The position numbers and the translations under genes were made by a program. From an uncultured Spirochaetota bacterium (GTDB lineage: Bacteria; Spirochaetota; UBA4802; UBA5550), in the NCBI GenBank assembly GCA_963827275.1, contig CAWHAA010000004.1, forward strand, positions 64,001-128,000: a DNA stretch of 64,000 nucleotides, given 5' to 3'. Shown here one piece after another: positions 1 to 9,756 of the stretch. A model generated the notes under the pieces. The model was not told the DNA's origin and did no database searches. It saw only the letters and a program-made list of their open reading frames with translations. How positions within the stretch are numbered: position 1 is the stretch's first letter; the number at the start of each line of letters is the position of its first letter.

Positions 1-299
1 TTGTGCCGCTTCGCCATCTCGGCCATGAACTCGTTGCAGCAGAGCGCTGCCCTGATGCCCCGCATCTTGTTCGCCGTTATCGCGGCGCCGATGCCGGTAC
101 CGCAGATGACGATCCCTTTCTCGAGCGTGCCGTCCTGTATCTTGCGGCAGAGCCGGGAGACGTAGTCGGGGTAATCGCACGATTCGGCGCTGTGCGTCCC
201 GACATCATCGAACTCCATAGCGCTGAAATGGCGCTTCACCGCTTCCTTGAGCGCGTACCCGCCGTGATCCGATGCTATGCCGATTGCCCTGTTGCCCAT
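1..299 (-). CDS. rpiB: ribose-5-phosphate isomerase B (partial, runs off window start)
   Basis: Not in the ORF track. Manual minus-strand translation from ATG 299 gives MGNRAIGIASDHGG...CDYPDY...GIVICGTGIGAAITANKMRGIRAALC, the RpiB/LacAB signatures. AGGAG RBS upstream. Confidence 0.92.
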   Translation of the reverse strand, partial: MGNRAIGIASDHGGYALKEAVKRHFSAMEFDDVGTHSAESCDYPDYVSRLCRKIQDGTLEKGIVICGTGIGAAITANKMRGIRAALCCNEFMAEMAKRH

Positions 300-636
300 C
301 TCTCATGCTCCTGCACTTCCGTATGTGACATACAGCTGGAATTTTATCAATACTATTTTATGGAATGGCCAAAAAAGAGGGTGCGGCCCGGTACGCGGCC
401 CGGCGATATGCTCCCGCTCAAACGGATTTTCCGATCGTGAGCGGGCACGGCAGGCGCGTGGAGTGCCGGCCGTGCGGAACGGTCCGGGAACTGACACGGT
501 GTTCGTAGTGCGCGGACGCTGCTATCATTCGCGTCCCGGGCCAGGCAGCGCAGGGGGAACGCGCGCACGGCGGCTGTTCCGGCGATAGTGATTTCCCTCC
601 AAAAGAGTTCGCTGACGATATCAGTGTATGATGAAG

Positions 637-904
637 TTATCCACAATTTATAAACAGAACGGGATAGCTCCCTGTGCCGGGTCAGGTCGCATCGATATTG
701 TATCCTGTATGAACCGGCGTGGAATCTCTGAAAATTTGCGGTTGAGAGTAACTGCTGAATTTTCCAGCGGATGATCAATTATGTCGCATAGTATACCGCT
801 CACTGCATATTTATGCGACATAAAGATGGCACAGAAAAATTGTAACGTAAAAAAACCCGCTTTTCCAGAGTTTCTGTGGATACTGTGGATAACTTTGTGG
901 ATAA
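637..904. promoter_or_regulatory. DnaA-box cluster (putative oriC or DnaA-titration site)
   Basis: Perfect boxes: TTATCCACA 637-645, TGTGGATAA 884-892 and 896-904. One-mismatch boxes: TTATAAACA 648-656, TGTGGATAC 875-883. An AT-rich tract follows (905-965). Confidence 0.7.
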
Positions 905-1060
905 CATGACAAATTTAACAATAGTGTTGTTTTTTTATTGCATATTTTCATGATCTTTTTAGTTTCAACTCGTCCTGATCCGATGATATACCTATGGGGG
1001 TACTGTTCGGAGCAGTGAATGAAACCGCATGCTGCATGGAATGCGATGCCCAGGAGCGTG

Positions 1061-1885
1061 ATGACAATGGCGTACACATTTTACCAGGTTGAAAAGAAGC
1101 CGCCGATTGCGTGGGTGTATCTGAACAGGCCGGAAAAGAAGAACGCGATGAACGCGCCGGCGTGGACGGAGCTGATACCGATCATGAAGGAGCTGGATGA
1201 GGATGATGAGGTGCGCGCCGTCATTCTCGCCGGACAGGGCTCGATCTTCTGCGGCGGCATAGACCTCATCGGAATAATACCGGAGCTGCCGGAGCTGACT
1301 GAAAAGGAGCAGAAGGGCGGGACCAAGCTCAGCCTCTACGGCAAGATCCTCAAGATGCAGGAGGGGCTCTCCTGCATCGAGCGGTGCCGGAAGCCGGTCA
1401 TTGCGGCGGTGCACGGAAAGTGCATCGGCGCGGGGCTCGACATGATCTGCGCCTGTGACATACGCCTCTGCACGGATGACGCGGAGTTTTCCCTGCGCGA
1501 GGCCGCGGTCGCGATCGTGGCCGACATGGGGGTGCTCCAGCGGATCTCGAACATCGTGGGGCAGGGTGTTGCCCGCGAGCTGGCCTACACGGCGAAGAAT
1601 ATTTCCGCCAAACGCGCCCTCGCGGTCAACCTTGTCAATGAAACATTCAAGGACCGGGACGGGCTCATGAACGCGGCGGAGGAGATGGCCCGGGAGATCG
1701 CGGCCAATTCACCTCTTGCCGTAAGGGCGGCGAAGATGGTGCTTAACCAGATGTTCGCTGCACGGGTGCATGACAGCCTGATGTTCAACGCCGCGCTGAG
1801 CACGTGTATCATCCCGTCGAACGACCTGTATGAAGCGGTGGGCGCGTTCAGCCAGAAGCGCAAGCCGTCGTTTACCGGGTCATGA
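1061..1885 (+). CDS. enoyl-CoA hydratase/isomerase (crotonase family)
   Basis: LNRPEKKNAM, FCGGIDL, KPVIAAVHGKCIGAG and ACDIR motifs. AGGAG at 1052-1056 favours a start at 1061/1067 over 1019. Confidence 0.9.
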   Translation: MTMAYTFYQVEKKPPIAWVYLNRPEKKNAMNAPAWTELIPIMKELDEDDEVRAVILAGQGSIFCGGIDLIGIIPELPELTEKEQKGGTKLSLYGKILKMQEGLSCIERCRKPVIAAVHGKCIGAGLDMICACDIRLCTDDAEFSLREAAVAIVADMGVLQRISNIVGQGVARELAYTAKNISAKRALAVNLVNETFKDRDGLMNAAEEMAREIAANSPLAVRAAKMVLNQMFAARVHDSLMFNAALSTCIIPSNDLYEAVGAFSQKRKPSFTGS

Positions 1886-1917
1886 GAACCGGCGCCGGTC
1901 GCGGTGACAAAATTTTC

Positions 1918-1946
1918 TTGATTATATTGGGTGCATCGATTACGAT
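1918..1946 (+). promoter_or_regulatory. putative sigma70 promoter of the M23/SprA-like genes
   Basis: TTGATT-N17-TACGAT, 25 nt upstream of ATG 1972. Confidence 0.4.
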
Positions 1947-1971
1947 GCATCATTCCGGGATATGAAAGGAT

Positions 1972-2967
1972 ATGAAGATCACGATCAAACAATACCATGG
2001 CAGGTTCCGGCTTAAATTCACCGAGAACTATTATCTTTTCAGGAAGAAATTCCTGAAGCTGTGGGACAGCTTTGTGGAGAAGGGCCATGAAAAGATGACC
2101 GTCATGTTCATCCCGCACAATGAGCAGAAGATATTCAATTTCCAGATTTCAAAATTCACCATCCTCTTTTTCCTGTTCCTGTTCCTGGTCGTCCTGGTGA
2201 CGTCGTCATACGCGGTGATCCGCAACGCGGCGGTGAAGCGCGAGGAGCAGCGTCTCCTCATGACCTACGAGGACATACGTTCGCACCTGCTGCGGTTCGA
2301 GAAGCTGACCAACAGCGTGTCCGAGCTGGTCGATGAAATGAAGCCGGACGTGGAGGAGCTGTACGAGCTCACCGCGGGCCCCGAGGAGCTTGACCGGATA
2401 TGGGACCTCGACGAGGTCGACCGGAAGGACTACGCCGAGCTGAAGAAGCTCCAGAACATCCTTCCCGAGGAGATCTTCACCATCAAGGACCTGCAGAAGA
2501 ACATCGTCTGCACCACGAACACGATCAAGACCGTCAAGAATTTCGTTGACGTGCGGAGCAAGGTGGTTCGGGACACCCCGTCCCTCGTGCCGAATTCCGG
2601 GCACATCACGTCCCTGTTCGGCTGGCGGCGGTCGCCCTTCGGACACGGGCGGGACTTCCATTCGGGGATCGATATCGCGGCCCCCGGCGGCATGGAGATC
2701 CGGGCGACGGCGCCGGGGGTGATCGTATCGGCCGGCTGGGGAGGCGGGTACGGATGGATGGTCCGGATACAGCACAAGTACGGTTTTGAATCGGTCTACG
2801 CGCACTGCATGAGGGTCGCCGTCTCACACGGCCAGAGCGTCAAGAAGGGCGAGGTCATCGGCTATGTGGGCCAGACAGGCAACGCCACCGGGAACCACTG
2901 CCACTACGAAATACGGCTCGGCAACATTCCGATAAATCCATATCCATACATGAGCAGGATATGGTGA
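1972..2967 (+). CDS. membrane-anchored M23 family metallopeptidase (peptidoglycan DD-endopeptidase-like)
   Basis: N-terminal TM helix, coiled-coil, HSGID (HxxxD), YAH and HCH zinc motifs. Confidence 0.9.
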   Translation: MKITIKQYHGRFRLKFTENYYLFRKKFLKLWDSFVEKGHEKMTVMFIPHNEQKIFNFQISKFTILFFLFLFLVVLVTSSYAVIRNAAVKREEQRLLMTYEDIRSHLLRFEKLTNSVSELVDEMKPDVEELYELTAGPEELDRIWDLDEVDRKDYAELKKLQNILPEEIFTIKDLQKNIVCTTNTIKTVKNFVDVRSKVVRDTPSLVPNSGHITSLFGWRRSPFGHGRDFHSGIDIAAPGGMEIRATAPGVIVSAGWGGGYGWMVRIQHKYGFESVYAHCMRVAVSHGQSVKKGEVIGYVGQTGNATGNHCHYEIRLGNIPINPYPYMSRIW

Positions 2968-2994
2968 TCATAGCAATGGTCACCGTGCCGCGGT

Positions 2995-5900
2995 ATGCTA
3001 AAGCAGCTGTCCACCTATATACGGTTTGCGCTGATGGCTGGGACGCTTACCGCCATAGTGATCGCCAATTCCAAGGAGCAGGGCTTTCGTAACAGGCTGC
3101 TCGACTATATCGACGACAATGCCGTGGCCGAGGAGCCGGCGCTCATCATGACCGATCCGTCGGATGATGAGACCCTCGCCGATACCTACGATTCCCTTGC
3201 ATACCATCCCGGCGACTGGGATGATTACATTCTCTACCCGCGCTACCGGGACCTTGAAAACAGGGAGAAGCGCCTGTCCCTGTACGAAAGCAGCGATGTC
3301 AATATCATCACCTATGGCTCCCTGAACCTTGAGCTCAGCTACGGCCAGTCGTTTTTTACAAAAAAAAGGTACCAGCAGATCGAGATGGACAAGGCGGAAT
3401 CCCAGCTGATAAAGTCGGGATTTCATCCGAAGCAGGAGCTCCAGCTGCACATCGAGGGAACGATCGGCGACCGCATGACGATTTATGTCGACCATGACAG
3501 CCGGAAGAAAGACAACCATTACCTCTTTAAATACCGCGCGCTGCGCGACGACGAATTGATCCGCGAGCTGAACGCCGGGGAGATAGACATCAACTTCCAG
3601 GGATCGAAATACGCCGTCTATGACAACAACACCGCGAAAGGACTCGGGGTCGATCTCACCCTCCAGAAAAACCGGTTCACGTTCAGGGCCTTCGGGAGCG
3701 TCACCCAGGGGACCACGGAGATGGAGATCTTCCGCGGGAATTCCATGCCCGGCAATATCAAGCTGTCGGAATTCCAGTATGTCAGGGGCGTGTACTACCA
3801 GATCGAGCCGCTGCTGCGCTATGGGATCAACCTGGGGCCGCCGCCCCCTCCCTTCCCGGCCAACTATGAGCGAAGGCCGGTCAATATTAACCCGTCCGGC
3901 TTTGAGCTGTGGATGGACGACCAGGACCCCTACAACAACCAGAATGCGACCGAGCTGCCGACCTACGGCGGCTTTTATAACAGGCTCCAGGCAGGGACCG
4001 ACTACACCATCAATTTCACCACCGGCCTCATCAGGTTCACGAGGCCGCTGGCGGACAAGGCGCGCGTGTTCGCCCTTTATACCCTCCTGGGCGCGACGAC
4101 CGATCCCTATGTACTCGCGCCGGGGGACGGCCGGCACCCCGGCGGCCCGTTCGCGGGGAAAAATTTTGTTTTTCTGAAATACGGCTACTCCCTTGAAGAT
4201 GACCCGGTTCCCGGCCAGGACCACACGAGGCAGGACCTCTATGAGGTCCGCTCCTTCTACAGCATGGGGGACCGCTATATACTCCCCAATAATTTCGCCA
4301 TAAGCTTCTTCCTGGAAAACGGGATCATGCGCGACGCCGACATCAGGAGCCTGGGCCGGTATTCAGTGGATTATACCAACGGCGTGATCGAGTTTGTCTA
4401 CCGCGAGCCGTTCAAGGAGCTCCTCCTCGCAAACGGGACCGCCGGGCAGATCTACACCGAGCACCAGCCCGCCAACGTGTATGATTATTCGCGGTACCGG
4501 ATCAAGCTGGATTACATGAAAGAGGCGCGGAGTTTCCAGCTCGCTCACCTGAACATCATACCGAACAGCGTGGTGGTGAAGGTTGACGGGAGGAAGGTCG
4601 CGGATAACCTCTACACCGTCGATTACACGGCGGGATACATCACCTTCAACAACTCGGGCAACCCCCTCATCGGTCAGCAGACGGTCATTGAAATACGGTA
4701 TGAATACCTTCCCCAGGAGGGGCAGCAGCAGGAGTTCGTCGGCGGGTTCAGGGGGGAGTACGAGTTCAGCCGGGACCTGAAGGTCGGCGGCAGCATGATC
4801 TACTCGCGCTCCGGCGGTGACGAAACGATCCCCACCGAGGGGAATGAGCCGACGCAGAACATCTTTTTCGAAGGCGACGCAGCGCTGCATCTTGACGGCC
4901 GCCGGCTCGCGCAGGTCGCCAACATCTTTACGCGTGAAAAGAGGAAGGAGGTGCCGGTCGAAATAAACGGGTACGCCGAATACGCGAAAAGCTACCGGAA
5001 CGTGAACACCTTCGGCAAGGCCCTCGTGGACAACATGGAAGCGTCTGAGGACGCGGTGATCCTCTCCATGTACGAGCGGGACTGGGTCCTCTCCTCGCCG
5101 CCGTCCGGGGCGACGAACCGCGCGCTCCTGAACTACTATTACTTCAGAAATCCCGCGAGCCCGGCGCTGCTGCGGGGGATCGAGTACTCGCTCGTCGCGC
5201 CGAAGGTGGATTACGCGATCAAGGCCGGCCCTTTTAACGTGGCGACCGGCCACGTGCTGAACTCTGCCGTGAGCCTTGACTCGCAGTGGTCGCTTGTCTT
5301 TGATTTTTCTGATGACCCCGTGGCGGGCCCGGGCGACTTCGTGTCCGCCGTGACGCGTACCCTCGGGAAGGAGGCGGTGGACCTCTCCGGCGCGCAGTAT
5401 GCCGAGATCTCGTACTGGTATCAGCACGCCTCCGGCGGGGCCGCACCCTCCCTCAACGTGCAGGTCGGGAAGATAGACGAGGACGCCGACGGGGACGGCG
5501 TGCTTGACACCGAGGATATCAATGCCAACGGGATCATCGATTACGATCCCCAGTCCGGCGTGTCGGAGGACATCGGCTACGCCTTCAACGAGGCCGGGCA
5601 TTCCGCCACCAGGATCGGCGGCGGAATCGACCTCACGCGGCTCACCCGGGGCGACGGGGTCCTCACCAGCGAGGACCTGAACGGAAACGGCTCCCTCGAT
5701 GTCGTTGAAAATGTCTATTCGCTGCCGGCACTCCCCCTCCCGACGACCGATCAGGGCTGGAAAGTTGCCCGCATCTACTTCGACCAGACGACGATGACAC
5801 AGAGCGAGATAAACCTGATGAAGGAGGTGGAGGCGGTGCGGGTCTCTATCGCCAAGGCCGGCGGGGTCGCCGGCCGGCTCTTTGTCGATTCGATCAAGTT

Positions 5901-8638
5901 CGTCTCCACCAAGTGGCGGGAGACAAAGCTCGATGCGAACCCCGCGTCCCCCGACAACCTGAAGGTGATGGCGATCAATAACTACGAGGACGATGAATAC
6001 CGCTGGGAGGCGTTTTCCCTTGTCATGAAGGAGGCGTACAAGGCCATGTACGGGGTCAAGAGCAACCAGGAGCTCCTGACGGAGCGTGAAACGGCCCTGA
6101 AGCTTGAGTATTTCATCCCCGCGGGGTACACGCACGTGTCCGCGACCCGGCGTTTTTCAAAGCCGATGGATTTCCGCAATTACAAGAGCCTTTCCGCCTG
6201 GGTGAACGTCAGGGCCTACACGCCCGGCGACAATGTCGCCCTGATCATAGGGTCTTCCGATACCGATTACCTCGTGTACAAGATGGCGATGGGATTTCCG
6301 CGGGTGTGGCAGGAGATGAAAATCCGCCTGCAGGAAAATTCCGGCGGCATCGTGTTCCCCAGCGAGATGGCGGGGCTCCCTGACCTGAAGCGGATCCGGT
6401 ATCTGAAAATCGCGGTCTTTTCATCCGCCCCCCCGAGCACCGGCTCGCTCTGGGTGGACGAGCTGTACCTTTCCGAACCGGAAGTCCAGGAGGACTCGGC
6501 CTACTGGTATGAAGGGGAAATAAAGATCACCAAGCCGTTCTACCGCACCAGGGAAGGAATGCCGGTCATGTCCGACTTCACCGTCAAGTATGTGCAGAAG
6601 GGGCACGGCGCAAAGTTCAGCACGATAGGCCTGAAGCCGCAGGACATTGAGGAGAACGTGAAGCAGGTGTTTTCATCGTTCAACATCCTTCCGAACTGGA
6701 GCACGAAGATCGACTACATCCGGGAGGACTCGGACACCGACAGCCTGAATGAAGAAGTGGAAGAGGCGCGAAGGGGCGCAACGACAAAGGACAATGTCGT
6801 GCTGGTGACCGATTACATTTCCAACATGAACGCCGTTCCCAGCGTCAAATTCATGTATAAGTATGACAGGTATAAGAACAGGCTGAACGAGCGGATTTCA
6901 AATTACGAGATCACGCGCAACAGGATGCAGCTTAACCACGCGCCGGTGGTCCACTACCGGCAGACGATAGACAAGTTCCTGTGGGGGCGGTGGACCAGCG
7001 AATTCCTCTTCAACATGCTTTTCAAAGAGGAAGAGATAAAGCGCACGTCCTACCAGATGGGCATCGAGGACCTGATGGCCGTGGCCTCGGTGCTGGAGAT
7101 TGAAAAGCGTCAGCGAACCGAGGCCCGCTATAACCTTGAATACCTGCACCGCTTCTTCTATCTGCGGCCTTCTATCGCGGCGGGCTCGGAAGAGGTGGTG
7201 ACCTGGCTCGGGAAGTCGGCGGTGAACAACACGGACATCTCCTACAATATAAACGGCGACTACCATTTTCCCTTCGTGTACGGCAAGAATTGCAAGTTCG
7301 TCGAGCGGAACAAGGCGTACAGCCTCTCCGCGGGACTTAACGATTTCGGCTATGTCGCTCCGGGGTGTAAGGTGGATATCCAGTATTTTGAAAACAGGTT
7401 CCGCGATTATAACCTCGTGAATGTTCCCCTCTACGGGTTCAGCAGGGCGAAGGACGCCCGGACGCTTGTTTCCACGAACATCGACCTCCCCGTCTACCTG
7501 CACAAGGTCAGGCTGCTGAACTTCATCAGGACCTTTTCCTTTAACTATAACCGCTCCCTCTATTTTACGGAGACCAATGTCCCCTACGAGAAGGAGCAGA
7601 AGGACCCGTATGACGAAAAATACGGCATCACGCGGACAGTGGGCAGGCTGGCCAGCGCAGGCTTCAACATGTTCAGCTATTTTCCCTTCTGCTTTTTCAC
7701 CGGCAGGCGCAACTATGCCAGGGGCCGCGATTACGTCTTCTCCACCATGAACGTCCCCGTCCTGTTCGCGGACGGAACGACCGCCTCGGAGTACAACAAT
7801 AATCTGCGGCTCCTTGATAATTTTACTGCGAACTGGTCTGCCGACCTCGGCAAGGTGACCATCACGTCCAATGCAGGGCTGCACCAGATCTGCGAGCGCC
7901 AGAACATCTACGGGATCCCCGCCCAGACGGTCACCGCGGGCTTTGAGGTCAACCTGAATTTTGACCTGATGAAGCTCATTCGTGCATGGATCTTCAGGCC
8001 GAACAGGGAGGGATTGCCCTACCATGCCGCGTTCCTCACGGCAGGCTACAAGTTCGATACCAACATGCTCGTCACGCAGAACATACAGGAGGACGTGCAT
8101 GCGCCGCGCATCGGCCTCAGCTTCAAACGCGACCGGGCGAGCGTCTCCATCGAGTTTGGCGTGGAGGTAAAAAAGAAGGTAAGCGAATTCTTTATATCAT
8201 ACAACCCCCTGAACCGGTCGTTCAGGGACCAGATATACATCGACAATATGCCGTATAACCTTTTCTACCGCGATAGCGACTACGGCTACACCCTCTCAGT
8301 TCCTTTTCGAGACGGACGTGATGTGGATATACAAGTTCTTTTCCCTCTTTTACCGGCTCACCGCGTTCCCGATCTACACGCTTGAATATTCGATGAAGAT
8401 CAACCGGTATGACTACCTGGTCACCGCGTCGCCCGAGCCGTATGACCTTCACCTGATAAGCAGCAAGCTCACCCTCGACCTTCACAAGAACATCCAGGGC
8501 GGGCTCAGCGCGAAGGTGGCGGTGGAGCAGTACCGGAACAGGAAGCGGCGCTGGCTGAACATGGCACTGAACAACCAGGAGTACCAGAGGGAGATAGTGT
8601 CATTCGAGGTGGGCGCCAACTTTACCCTCCTGTTCTGA
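2995..8638 (+). CDS. very large SprA/Sov-like envelope protein, split by one frameshift near 8301
   Basis: ORFs 2995-8385 and 8318-8638 join after removing one base (YTLSV-LFETDVMWIYK). SprA-like motifs: QLHIEGTIGDRMTIYVD, DYTINFTTGLIRF, NIIPNSVVVKVDG...YTVDYTAGYITF, DTEDINANG/SEDLNGNG. C-terminal Phe, as in beta-barrels. Confidence 0.6.
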
Positions 8639-8658
8639 TACAGGACGCCCGGCCGGCG

Positions 8659-9756
8659 TCAGGAGAAATAGTCCCGCACCTTCTTTTTCAGGGTGTGGTA
8701 AAACCCCTTGAGCTCGGTCAGGTAGATGTCGTCCCTGCTCTGCTTCAGGAGCTCAACCGTTGCCGAAGAAATGACGCTCCAGAGAAGCGCGCGGTCGGGA
8801 CAGTGGCCGATATAATCAAGGGTAATCTGGTAGGCGCCCTTGAATCTGCGCGCACCCCCCTCGGGGGTGATGCTCTTTATGATGCCGTCAAGGTTCATGG
8901 ATTCGCTGGAGGTGCGAAATGATGCGTCCAGGGTGAGATGGCGGCCCTCGCTTTCCTCGATTGCCGCGAATACGATGACCGTCGTGTACATCTCGCGCTT
9001 GAGGAGAAAGTCCGCTATGAGCGCAATGCTGTCCCTGTCGGCGGCGTCGACATACCCGGCCCCGGCTATCAGCCAGTCCTTGTACGCCACCTTGCTCTGG
9101 ATCGCGGTTTTCAGGAGCCGCAGCGTCGCCGGGGAGAGAGGGGTGGCGCTGATCCGGTTGAAGAGCTCATGGTCGGAATACCGTGAAAGAAAATCCATCG
9201 CTTCGTAGTCAATCTGTCCTGCGCGGGAGTACTTGTCGGTATCGGTGTAAATACCGTACATGAGCGCGGTCGCCAGCATCCTCATCACCTGCGGTTCCGG
9301 CGCCGGGGACATCTGTCTCACAAGGAATGCCATGATCGTGCAGGTTGAGCCGGCGTCGGTGTTGCGCAGCGTAAACCCGGCCGGGGTCTCTTCTTCGGGA
9401 GGATCATGGTGGTCGATGTGCGCGGCGCAGGGGAGAGTCACCCTCGCTTCGGGCAGTGCGGCCGACTGGTGATCGGTGACGATATACGCGTCATGGCGCC
9501 GGTAGTCCGGGTAGTCGGGCGAGAGGTGCAGCGGTATCCCGAGCAGGTCCACGAAGGCCCGGTTTTCCGGGAGCGAGATCTTTTTCGCTGCGACAATCGT
9601 GGCGGAAACGCCGAGCGCACGGCAGATGACGCTCATCGCAAATGATGATGCGATGGCGTCCGGATCGGGCGAGCCCTTGACAATGATCAGGATGTTCCGG
9701 TATTTTGTGATCGCCGCCGCGAGCGCCTGCCAGGAAGCTTCCACCCCGTCCCTCAC
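8659..9756 (-). CDS. DHH family phosphoesterase
   Basis: PDPDAIAS, TDH, HIDHH, GSTCT and GIYTDT motifs. Start overlaps the upstream SpoIIE gene stop by 4 nt. Confidence 0.88.
   Translation of the reverse strand: MRDGVEASWQALAAAITKYRNILIIVKGSPDPDAIASSFAMSVICRALGVSATIVAAKKISLPENRAFVDLLGIPLHLSPDYPDYRRHDAYIVTDHQSAALPEARVTLPCAAHIDHHDPPEEETPAGFTLRNTDAGSTCTIMAFLVRQMSPAPEPQVMRMLATALMYGIYTDTDKYSRAGQIDYEAMDFLSRYSDHELFNRISATPLSPATLRLLKTAIQSKVAYKDWLIAGAGYVDAADRDSIALIADFLLKREMYTTVIVFAAIEESEGRHLTLDASFRTSSESMNLDGIIKSITPEGGARRFKGAYQITLDYIGHCPDRALLWSVISSATVELLKQSRDDIYLTELKGFYHTLKKKVRDYFS

Noticed and set aside
3..440. 145-aa plus-strand ORF
   Set aside because: Antisense shadow of rpiB, which shows clear family motifs on the minus strand.
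779..823. Possible dif/Xer site (TTATG/CATAA arms)
   Set aside because: Arm orientation and 21-bp spacing do not fit the 11-6-11 dif architecture.
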